From Lepidodermella squamata (Eukaryota > Animalia > Gastrotricha), in assembly GCA_047495785.1 (NCBI GenBank), contig JBLDXI010000013.1, positions 1,860,001 through 1,924,000 of the forward strand: 64,000 nucleotides of DNA, given 5' to 3'. Shown here piece by piece: positions 52,007 to 63,041 of this stretch. The position numbers and the translations under genes were made by a program. Within the stretch, counting starts at the first letter, position 1. Each line of letters opens with the position of its first letter. The notes below the pieces were generated by a model. It did not search any database, was not told where the DNA came from, and saw only the letters and a program-made list of their open reading frames with translations.

Positions 52007-54055
52007 AAAATTATTATTCTTCTACTATATATACATATATCTTAACCAATTCCGCGTGATTTTCGTGGCGATAATGTCCTTGATGTAGATTTTGATTTCC
52101 CTCGCAACCGTTTCTTCTATGCGAAATGATGCTTTCAACAGATTTATTGAACGCTACGATTGTTTTTTATTGCTGACACGAATATCCGACTTAGATGGAC
52201 GAATCGATCAAATTAAATTGTTTTATTTCTTGAACACCAGTGTTTTTATTCGGAAAGAAATCACGGACGTTGCGTATCGAAAGCGCTTGCAAGCTATCAT
52301 TTTCCGTCGCTGATCTATTTGTTGATATTGATATTGTCATCATTCTTGTTGGAAAAAGAAGAGATTTTAAATAAAAATGAATTTTGGTACGAAATCGAGT
52401 TGATTTGCCGGCAGGAGCAGCAGAAAAGCTCTTACAAGATTCAGGAACTATCGAAAGGGCGAGTTGTATGAAATTTGAGAATAAATTTGTTTTTCGTTTC
52501 GTTTGGGCGTTATTTTCTGGGCATATTCGTTCTTATGAGTCTCATTTACCAGGTGGCAAACCATAAGGAGTCAGAACCCATATGCATAGCTATATGTCTA
52601 GCTCACCGCATAGGGAGATTCCTCACCGTTACTGAACTATCGTCGCTCAAAGTAAAAACAAAGTAAGAACAAAGTTAATATCCTCTCGATAGCGCCCTAA
52701 ATTTTCATAAAATATTATTTTTCAACCTAAATTGCATACCTGTCCAAATTAAATCTCAAGGTGGTCAGCTTGAACCCTTTCTCATTATCAGCAACCCTCC
52801 TTGGGTTATCCTTCATGTATTGCCATTTCTATCGATATCGCGCAGTTATCTTCGCCGGGTCTAACCTGGTTTTATCAAACTACACATCGATTTTATATAC
52901 TTTTCTCTTACTTGGAATATATTTTGCTGAATGAACCAATTACGAACATCTTGCACAGCGAACTCTTGCGCAGCATTTTTTACGTAGAAAACAATCCGGC
53001 GTCTAGCACGTGTTGGCACGTGGCGCTCTCTGCGCGACGCATTGTCGCCGTTTTTCGCTCAATAAAATTCGATGGTGTGTAATTGGCGCTGGACGGCTCA
53101 GGGCTATTCAGGCGGCTTGGCAAGCGGTTGCGGCAAGCGTTCAGTAGTAGCGAAAGGTCGCGCGAGCAGGGCCGGACGGCGACGGTCTTATTCAACGCGC
53201 GAAGCGGAAAGCAACCTATAATTTGTTTTTCCATGTTCTCTTTAAAACCTTTTTAACTTCTTTCACGAGAGGCGAGCGCGGTGTGATGCAAGATCACAGA
53301 GCCACACAGATTGAGCGAGAGAGATAATAACAGAGTGAGAAAAGATGAGCGAGAGCGCGCGCGCAAAAACTTCTCGCCTGCTCCGGCATTTGTGTGACAG
53401 ATGTGGGGACCAAATAACTTTGCCGACACACAATCGCGAGCTCGAGGCAAAATGCGACAATCATTGTCGCCATCATCGTCATCGCAGATAAAACTCTTAC
53501 GGAGCAATTAAACTCGCGCGTCACCACGGGACACTCGCGCCACGCGATGATTTTTTCTCAAAACCTGAAATTTTCTCGTTTTGGTAACTTTGTTTGTAAC
53601 AACGTAGTTATTATTCCAAATGGTTGCGTTTTGGCCGTGTTGTGTTGATTGATTGACTGGCACTACGCGCTTGCTCTTTTCTCGCGTGTTAACTGAACCG
53701 GTTACTATACACGTCCAACCCATGTCATATGGGCGCGCTCACTCGCTCACCTGTGCGCGCGCGCGACGCGGGAAGCCGAGCACTTGTTGCGCGCCTTTTC
53801 GCCTCACCGGGTGTGCACAGATTCACCCATCACTCCCGCCTCTCGCTGTTTTAATAGACTCGTCAACGCAGCGGGAGTCGCGCGACGAGACACCTATTTA
53901 GAAGTAGCTAAACACTCCTAATCCCCATCTTGAATCTCTATTCATTTACGACTTGTCACTTTCTTATATCTTACAATCAAGTGGTGATTTGTAGCCTCGC
54001 AATAACGTGCAACACATTTTTCTCAACAACAATAATAATAGCTTTGAAAGTAATA

Positions 54056-55434
54056 ATGAACGGAATCGGCAATTTTACGACGGCTAATAACAGTGCTTCG
54101 AAAAATGCGCAGTTCATGATGAGCAGCGCATCAGCTACGGGCTTCAACGCTCCGGCCAACGGCGCCTCGCAGCAAATTCAAGTGCCAACATCTTCGTCGG
54201 CCTACTGCTGGAACGAAGTCGTCCAACAGCATCAGCAACAGCAGCAGCAACAACAACAGCAACAAAACACGGCTTGGCCGAATGCGATCAACTGGTCGGG
54301 CAGCAATAACGGCGCCATGTTCTACGGAAATTCAGACTTGCTGCCGAATTTAACCGATCCGTACCAATCAATCGCTGCGAGTTACAGCTCGGCGCAGTCT
54401 ACGGCGGCAATTACAGCGGCGCTGGTCTCGGTTTCGCAGCAACACATGCCGCCATCGGCCTGGACGCCGCCATGTACCAGTGTCAGTTCGTTCTACTCGC
54501 CGACTAGTGCCATGAGCTGTTTGAGTCACTTTCAACCTACCTCGTCAGGCCTCGATCTCAATCAGCATTTTCAACTCGGCGCCAAGTCTCAACAACAGAC
54601 TACTCCAACTTCAGGTTTGTCTCGAAAATATGAACTTTTTAAGAAATATAATTTTTTTATTTCACAGAAGGTCGCAACGATGATGGTTTGATGCCTGGTG
54701 GTTTGATCGGCGTTTCCGCCTACCCGACGCCCCCGTTCGATGGCACCAACGCTCTGACGTCAATCGGCCACTCGAATCAGTCAGCTTCCAGCCTAAAACA
54801 GCCGTCCAAGTTGTCGGCTCGAAGCGCCGCTGCCAAGCCGTACACCGTTCCGAATCCGACCGGCGCGCTTTCCAGCAGTTCCAACTCTTCGACCAGCAAC
54901 TGCCCATGCTCGTCTTGCCAGTCATTTGTCGGCTTCCCCGGCGCCACGCCACCAACTCAACACCCGTGCAGCGTCCCTGGATGCGGTAAAATCTACTCGA
55001 AATCTTCGCATCTTAAGGTATTATAAATATTCCGTCTCGTTCTTTCTCTAAACAATTCTTATTTTTCCCAGGCCCATTTGCGCTGGCATGTTGCCGAGCG
55101 GACGTTTACCTGCAACTGGGCACTCTGCGGCAAGCGTTTTTCGCGTAGTGACGAGCTACAACGCCATGTTCGAACAGACCATGCTGGTTCGGGTTCCGAC
55201 GTGACACCGCTCGATCCAGGAGCCGCAGCCCACGACTACGGCAATCTCATCGGCAGCTCTTCACCAGCCGTGTTTTCGTGCCCGACTTGCGAGAAGCCGT
55301 TTTCGAAACCCGAACAGGTCAGCGCCCACATGAGAACGGCCCATTCGTCACAGGCGAAATCGATCCAACCTCGCAGCGGCAGCAGCAACAAAAAGTCATC
55401 GGCTAAACAAGCCCTGCCGCCACCTGCGAATTGA
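54056..55434 (+). CDS. Sp/buttonhead-family C2H2 transcription factor; exons 54056-54614, 54668-55017, 55072-55434
   Basis: polyQ tract; Btd-box-like NCPCSSCQ; ZF1 [23 protein letters not shown]; ZF2 CNWALCGKRFSRSDELQRHVRT; divergent ZF3. Confidence 0.85.
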
Positions 55435-55953
55435 AAATTTTGTAATTTTTTATTATAAGCTCAATTTTATACCGTAAAATGTATATAGCGTATAACACCT
55501 TTTCATTTTCTTTGTTCTTGACCCGTAATTGTAAATTTAATGTTGTCATAATGGGTTTCGATGATTATGTTATAAATTCTATGAGACAATCGTCAATATA
55601 TTGAGGTGTTATCTGTAAAAATTAATGATCGATTTTTATATTCTGATGAGTGAATGTTGAGCGATGATAAAAATAAAATAAAATAACGCGAATTGCAAGG
55701 TATCGCCAGTCGAGGTTGAAAGCGGACGCACCCATCTATCATGACATTAATTACCCGGAAGTACTTCACGAATGGGGTGAGATAGATGTATGAATGGCGG
55801 CGCGAAAAACACAGCACATCTCTAATTTCTCCAGCCCGCCTCGCGAGTATCGAATTCAGGCGGCTGGCGTAATGCAGTTCCTGCTAATCAGTCATAGCAA
55901 AGTGTGTCTAAATTTGTTCACTTTGAATCAGACTCTTTTGGAAATTAATTTGA

Positions 55954-58329
55954 ATGTTCAAGTTTCGAATTGCCGTATTGTTATCAGCTGTAATCTATGC
56001 ATCATTATTCACTCTGGCTAAAGAGCGGAAATTGCAATTAAGGACAATCATGCCATTGTCGAACCCGAAAATGTTCGCTGCTTGTAACCTGGCGATGAAG
56101 ATGGTCGTGGATGAGGTTAATAAACGCGCTGATATTCTTCCTAACTACGATGTCGACGCTCAGTTCGATGACGGGCAGTGCTCAGGGCCCGTTATCGTGC
56201 GCCGATTTTTCGACTACGCCGAAGCTTTGCTATCAAATGCAAGTTCAATCGCGCCGCTTCTGATCGGACCTTATTGCGAGTTGGGTTGCCGCTACCTCGG
56301 CTCGTTCGCCCATCAATTCAATACAGTAGAGCTTTCATACGGCTGTAACTCGCCGATTTTCACATCGAATCGACGGCTTTACCCAAATTTCTACCGCATG
56401 CAAATTGCTGATAACATGAGTGCTGAGGCCATGGTTCGATTCTTGACTGCGACGAGATGGTCACGCGTTGCGATAGTTACCAGTGCCGCGTCGAAAACTG
56501 ACTACGACACCGCAACATTGCTTTTTCGAATCGCGAATAAACACGGCTTCGAAGTCACCGATTTCGAAGTTGCCGTCGATCAATTTGAGGATTACAGATC
56601 TCGGGAAAATCAGCTTATCTTCAACGCTCTGAAGAATCAGTCTGATTCACGAATTATCATGCTATACACAACACAGCGTCAAGTCGCTGCGAATTTTCTG
56701 TGTCTTGCAATTTTTTTCGGTCTGAATGGTGGGCGGTACATTTTTATCATTCCGTCGCAAGCTTATTTCCGACCAGATGATTTTGCTTTGAATGGTCTTT
56801 GCGGACAGGACGAACTAGAAGACCAATTGGTAAGAGTCTTTTGGACAGGGCCAAACTTGAACCCTTTCAATGTCCAGGTAACTGAACTAGGTTACAACCT
56901 AACACAATTCGAGCGGGAATTTACGGCGAGAAGTTCTTGGTTCCCTAGCAACTACGACACGTCCCTGCGACACGTTTGTCACGACACTATGCTTGGAGCT
57001 TTACTCAGCCTTGATAAGGCGGATAAAGATTTGATTTCACAACGAAATCTAACAATCGACAAATATCACTTGAAACCCGAAGTCGTGATGTTAGCCATCA
57101 ACAAATCGACATCTGAGTTGAATTTTCGTGGCTTGAGAAACGCCCCGGACCCTACCAGATATTCGCATAGGAAGGAAATGGAGCTCGAACCCCTTGTTGT
57201 CTTTCAAAGTATCAACTCAACGCGGCGTTTGATCGGCGAAATTAGGCAGTTGTCGAATTTGGAATCTTGGTCTTATCAGCCAATTTCCGAGCCGATTTGG
57301 TACACGGCAACTGGCGAAACTCCTCGAGATGCCGCCATCAATGTCTCTCGTATCGATCAGCTAGCCGATGAGGTGAAATATTCAGCCGTAACCCTGGCAA
57401 CTCTATTTGCATTCGTCCAGTTTTTCGTGATATTTCAAACTTGGCGAACGCGAAAAAATAATTTAGAACTTCGGAAATTACCGATAAGTAATTGCCTATT
57501 AGCTGCGAGTTGCGTCGTTCTGGATATTTCTGCTATTATGATAGCTATACCCGTCAATAACATGACTCTAATTCCTACATGCCTGATTTTTCGCTGCCTC
57601 ATCACTATTGGCTTGGCTAGTTTAACTGGTATTCTATTTTTCAAAATCTTCAGATTTTATATGGCATCACGATACTATCAATTGCGCCAACCTCTTGGCC
57701 ATGAAAAATTTGTTTTAACCGGAAGTTTCACTTATTTAGCCGTAAATGTCGGATTCTTTGCCGGCTGGTTTATAAATCAGCCAATCGAAGGATCTTTTGT
57801 GCCAATCGAGACTATTTTCATCGACAGAGAGGACATTAATTTGACAGTCATTGCTGCTAATTGTTCTACGGCAATTTTCCCGACCTGGTTTATCATCGGT
57901 GTCAATGGCGGTGTTTTGCTTATCGCTAGTTATTTCGCGATTTCGACGCGAAGGCAAAATATTGGGCCTTTTCTGACGAATACAAACCACGTTCGAGTTG
58001 CAATCATCAATTTGCTGACAACAATGACTGCCTTGGTGATAGCTGCACAGCTTATTAAGTCGACTGCATTCATGGACGAAAAGTCTGTGACTACGTTAGC
58101 AGCTTTTGGGGCTCTTATCATTTCCGCATCAACTTCTATCATCATATTCTTCCCTGCTTTTAAGACGACAACCACGCCTGCTGTCGGTGGCAATAGGGTA
58201 TCGGCAGGTAACACCTTTTCATTCATCAATGACGCTCGGAGGGCGACGACGTCTACGCTTCAAATTCCTAATGCAAACAGCTCAAAGTCACGTCGTTCCG
58301 ACCAAAAATCGGACTTTCGACACATATGA
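55954..58329 (+). CDS. GABA-B-receptor-like class C GPCR (Venus flytrap + 7TM, no Cys-rich domain), single exon
   Basis: Signal peptide; VNKRADILPNY..DGQC; LIGPYC; LSYGCNSP..NRRLYPNFYR; seven hydrophobic segments. Confidence 0.8.
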   Translation: MFKFRIAVLLSAVIYASLFTLAKERKLQLRTIMPLSNPKMFAACNLAMKMVVDEVNKRADILPNYDVDAQFDDGQCSGPVIVRRFFDYAEALLSNASSIAPLLIGPYCELGCRYLGSFAHQFNTVELSYGCNSPIFTSNRRLYPNFYRMQIADNMSAEAMVRFLTATRWSRVAIVTSAASKTDYDTATLLFRIANKHGFEVTDFEVAVDQFEDYRSRENQLIFNALKNQSDSRIIMLYTTQRQVAANFLCLAIFFGLNGGRYIFIIPSQAYFRPDDFALNGLCGQDELEDQLVRVFWTGPNLNPFNVQVTELGYNLTQFEREFTARSSWFPSNYDTSLRHVCHDTMLGALLSLDKADKDLISQRNLTIDKYHLKPEVVMLAINKSTSELNFRGLRNAPDPTRYSHRKEMELEPLVVFQSINSTRRLIGEIRQLSNLESWSYQPISEPIWYTATGETPRDAAINVSRIDQLADEVKYSAVTLATLFAFVQFFVIFQTWRTRKNNLELRKLPISNCLLAASCVVLDISAIMIAIPVNNMTLIPTCLIFRCLITIGLASLTGILFFKIFRFYMASRYYQLRQPLGHEKFVLTGSFTYLAVNVGFFAGWFINQPIEGSFVPIETIFIDREDINLTVIAANCSTAIFPTWFIIGVNGGVLLIASYFAISTRRQNIGPFLTNTNHVRVAIINLLTTMTALVIAAQLIKSTAFMDEKSVTTLAAFGALIISASTSIIIFFPAFKTTTTPAVGGNRVSAGNTFSFINDARRATTSTLQIPNANSSKSRRSDQKSDFRHI

Positions 58330-58712
58330 GCACTTTGACACTACGCTAATTAGCTCGAAAGTAAAAACGATTTCGTTGGAAAGGGGGACTGAGCTTGATG
58401 CAAGATGCGCTGGTGGATTCGAAATGCGCGTAGCACAATCACTCGCGTTCTAGATTTTGAATTTCAAATGATACTCTTTTCGAACCTACATCAATTGATA
58501 GTGAAATTCGAATTTCCCGGTTTGTTGGTGAAAGCCCAAAGATTGATAAGGTATAATAATAATATGACCGCTAACAAGTGAAACCACTTTCAAGATCAAT
58601 GAATGAGAAGTCGAACGATATCAAAAATATGCTGATAGTCATCAGGGTTGCTGAGAAAATTGGCTTCAACGATTTTGGGTAAAAATTGCTAAGTCAGAAA
58701 AATGCGCATTCA

Positions 58713-59750
58713 AAAAATATAACACTGTGTCTATATTTTTAACCTTGAAACACAAATCTATATTTTTTCATACTTCAAATATAGATTTGAATATGAACTA
58801 TATTTCTGATCTATATCTGAAATATAGATTTAGGTGTATCTATATTTTTGACTTGGAAAATCTATATTTTGAATATAGATGCCCATTTCCAAGCCCAATA
58901 CTTCCGAGGTCTTGAAACAGCTAATTCTAACGGATAAACACAGGGATATAGTTTTCGCAACGCAATTTATTATGAAAGAAAATGGAGAAATTCAATTTTG
59001 AGAATAATTTAGACGGGGACAGCTTGGCAGGCGGGCTGCAAAAATTGACCGTAGGAACCAGAATTTCTCAGAAAACTCCGGAAAATCGGGCAGCATTTCG
59101 TCCCCGCTGTGCATGAATTCGCAGCGATTCGCGGGTCGGATCGCGCAGAAGATCATCGAACAGGTACGGTCAGCAAGTCGTCTTCTTACATCGATAGAAC
59201 GCGCCGGGAACACTGAGCAGAAAATCCAGAAAATCGGACAGCATTTTGACCCCAATTCGCAGAAATCACCACCGGGGATTGAACCTTGGAGCAGTCTGCC
59301 TGTGACAGTTCCGATTCGATCACGTTGAAAACATCGACGCACCAAACACCGTTGCGACGCGCTAGTCCGAAACTGAACAATTTTCAACAACCAGACATGC
59401 GATTCCGACGGACTGCTGTCGACCTTCTCTCATTGCATCCAAACGTGTCGTTCAGATCGAACCAGTTTCTTCGGATCGAAAGGTTTCAGGGTTGATGGTT
59501 TATCGAACCATTCCTCTTCGAATGCGGCAGCTTTGCCAATCGGAGCAGAATTCTGGGAGCATTTGTTCGTGAAATTCGAGCAGAATTCCGGTCGGACAGA
59601 AATTCGACGTTCAAAACGAGACGAAATTCGAACGAATGAGAAAAATGAGCGAAAATGAATAGAAAGCCATTTTTCGATGAAATTTTAAGTTGGATTTTTT
59701 ATTATTTATTATTTTGCGTTGCGAAAAATATAGACACCGTGTAATATTTT
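58713..59750. mobile_element. Candidate non-autonomous inverted-repeat (foldback/MITE-like) element
   Basis: GTGTCTATATTTTT (58727-58740) is the exact reverse complement of AAAAATATAGACAC (59724-59737), within a longer imperfect inverted repeat; reiterated ATCTATATTT/AAATATAGAT subterminal motifs; non-coding, GC-richer interior. Confidence 0.45.
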
Positions 59751-60662
59751 ACGATACAACATTCGTAGAAACCTATATTTTCGTGAAGCACTCGTATAGA
59801 TCTCGTAAAACTCATTCACCTCGTGAAATCTCGTCTCCACTCGCCTACCGGCTCGTTCCGCCTCGATTTCACTCGTTTCATTCGTTTTACTCGATCTATA
59901 TTTCGTGCTTCACTCAAATATAGATTCCTACTCATGTTATATCATACAAATATAGTTTTTATTGCGCATCAATTAATACTTGGCCGCGCAGAAAATTCTG
60001 ATGCCATTTTTCTTATGCGCAGTCGAGATTTTTTGGGGTAATCTGAGCTGAGGAATTTCGCTAGATTGTCAACAATTTTGATGGCATCAAGCTAGTGCTT
60101 CCACGTCAATCTAAATCGATAAGCTATTTCAACGACACTGTGGGGTCCCCCGTTCATTCTTTGAGGTGGATGGGAGGCTCCTCTGGAGGTCTGAATTTTG
60201 AAAATTCGAAATCCTCAAGCAAAATTGAGTCAGGAGTCAACCCACTTTTCGGTATTTACTGGAACATACAGAAAATGCCCCTAGCGCTGAATAATCTCTT
60301 CTCCGGCTGGTCTTATCAGTGTGAAATCGCCCACCCCCATAGCTGAAAATCCTACTTTTCCGAGAAATTTATAATCATTTATAATACACCGAAAATTGCT
60401 GGTAGGAAAATTTACACCCATTTCGCAGCGTAGACAAAAGCAAGTTGAAAAAATCTAGACATTATAAGGAACAGGTTATACCGAAGAGCAGCGAAAAATA
60501 CAAAAAACATCATCATCATCATCAACAACAATGCGTAATATGTATGAATCATTATCAGACACCCCTATCAGAGTGGGATAATAACCAACAATGTAATCTG
60601 AATAAATATTTTATTATTTATTATTTATCACTTACTCACTCACACACATCTATAGGGCTCAG

Positions 60663-61395
60663 ATGGCTCAGATGGCGAAAATCACGATTCTCGGTGAAAG
60701 AGCAGGTACCTATTTCATAAAATTTGAAAAAATTTGAAGAAATTCAATGTCATTTGCTTTCAAGTCGGGAAAACTTCGATTCTTACCCAGTTTCTGTACA
60801 AAACATGCGACCCAAGCTATTTGAGTACCATTGGCATCGACTTTTTCTCTAAAACTATTCGAGTCAACGGTTCACCTGTAAGACTGCAACTGTGGGATAC
60901 TGCTGGTAAATATCTCAATATACAGAATATCATTCAATGTAACACGATTTAGGCCACGAGCGTTTTCGATCTCTAATTCCTGGCTATATCAGGTCGTCAA
61001 ATGCCGCAATAATTGCGTACGACGTTACCGATCGCCATTCTTTCGGCGAGGTCGACTACTGGGTCAAAGAGGTCAGATCTGAGCAGGGTAAGAGTGCCTT
61101 GATCATGCTAGTTGGCAATAAAGTCGACCTTCGACACGGTCCGGTTGCCAATGGCCCTGAAGCTATTGACACCTTGGAGGGAAAAGCGAAAGCCGAGTCG
61201 ATTGGCGCATCTTTCATGGAGGTTTCAGCAAAAACTGGGTACAACATTCAGCAGTTGTTCTTGGTTACAGCTAGTTCGCTACAGGAAAGTGGAATGCCAA
61301 AGCTGTCCTCCAGTCAAAACAATATCGTTAATCTTCAAGAGGTGGCGAATACGGATGAAGGTGATAGCTCAGCTCATCTGTCATGCTTTTGTTAG
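60663..61395 (+). CDS. Divergent Rab6-like small GTPase; exons 60663-60705, 60765-60905, 60953-61395
   Basis: [64 protein letters not shown], terminal CFC prenylation motif. Confidence 0.85.
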
Positions 61396-62481
61396 ATTTG
61401 TATGAAAGCTACCTACATAATTCCTTTTAAAATGGAATACCTTAAAATAAAACTTTTAATTTATATGTATCTAATAGGCCTTGTGTGGATCGAAAAACGA
61501 ACCTAATAACCGAAGTTCCTTAAAGCTTATTAGACTTTCACATGAGCTAGAATCAGGCATCGTAAAAGTGCAGTAAGCTGATTCACGAAGCACAAGCAAT
61601 CGGGAATTAAACCCAATAAATCATTTTTATTAAAGCCAAAAATCCTCGAAAGCCACCAGATAATTAAATGATTTAAAAAAATGCTACATCAACGGCTTGA
61701 GCAATATAGATGTTATCATCTATCATCTAGCACTTGGGTTCAATAGAACCTAAAGGTAATAATATAGACCAGCGAATACTCAGTTTTTGGGGACTATGGA
61801 ATTACTAATAGCAGATTGCAGATTACACTACACGCTCGCCAATCAATCATATACCTCGCTATTTCATCCGATCAAAAACTTGCAGATCATTGCTTTAAGC
61901 CCGTGCATTGACAGGTGCGTCATGCTATTCAATCCCTATTCAATTTGCTAATAACGAGTTCAAGCTGCTGTAAACCTTGCCAAGGTACATCATCACAGTT
62001 TTGCACTTGATTGACTAGATCAGATCACATCAATATAGACATTAGCTATCAAAAATGATTGGGATAATCATGATTAAACAAGCAAACAAGCAAACAAGCG
62101 CAACAGACATTCTTCATGGTTGAGAGTAATATTCCGTCAGTAATTGTCACTCGCAAGACATAATGATGACGCGTGCATGTCGTGTTTTTTTAATCTGTCC
62201 GTTATTTGAATGATTGATTTGATATTGAAAGAAATTTCATTATGACGGGTGTTATCAACTGCACCAGGGTCTATGATTGAGATGTTTTGAGTTGAAGTTC
62301 ATCTGAGCTGAAATCGTACATTTGATGTGCCTGCCAGATGATTGACTGCAATTAGTCATCGTCTAACACTTCCACACCCCAATGCGCAGTAATTGCCAAG
62401 GTTAGGTATATAGGTAAATCCTGGTTTAAGACTCGAGCAAGTCATTCAATTTCTTTACTTCTCCACCTTAAAATTACAATA

Positions 62482-63041
62482 ATGTTCATAAATTGCGATA
62501 TTGTCATCAGCGTTTTCCTTATCGTATCGTTTGCTCTAAGGCTGCTAGCAGCTAGGCCCGGGACCAGTGAACAGCCATTAAGCCATAAGCGATCACTTAT
62601 TGCCGAAGCATTGACCAACTACCAGAACGATCTCTCCAAAGAAAATACACAGTCTAAACGAGACGAATTATTGGATAAAATCCTCAAAGGTAAAAATGAT
62701 AATTTCGGTAACATGAAATGCAATGCAACGAATTCCTCACTCTTTCAGAAAGTTTCTGGAATCTGCTGAAGAAGCGGCATAACGTGAAAGGTGCTCTTCA
62801 AATTCTACGAGTGATCAATGCTCGGATTAAATCTAGGCGGTTGAAATACTGCATGGAAGTTTTGACACTGGCTCTTTGCACTAACACAAGCCCAGAGCCT
62901 TTCTACATGTGGGCACGCGTGGCTGCTCAAGGCCTGCTAGATCGCCATTCAACGGTGGAGGAATTGACCATTGAGAGAGCCTTGTCACAAGTTCAACTGA
63001 ACCCATCACATGAATCCACAGTTCCAGCCGCCTCCTTATAA
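62482..63041 (+). CDS. Secreted prohormone/neuropeptide-like precursor; exons 62482-62689, 62749-63041
   Basis: Signal peptide; dibasic sites HKR, SKR, KKR and SRR; one C-x8-C pair; in-frame 59-nt GT-AG intron. Confidence 0.6.

Noticed and set aside
60136-60345. Possible MITE with CACTGTGGGG ... CCCCATAGCTG ends
   Set aside because: Inverted match too short and imperfect; no target-site duplication and no second copy in the window.
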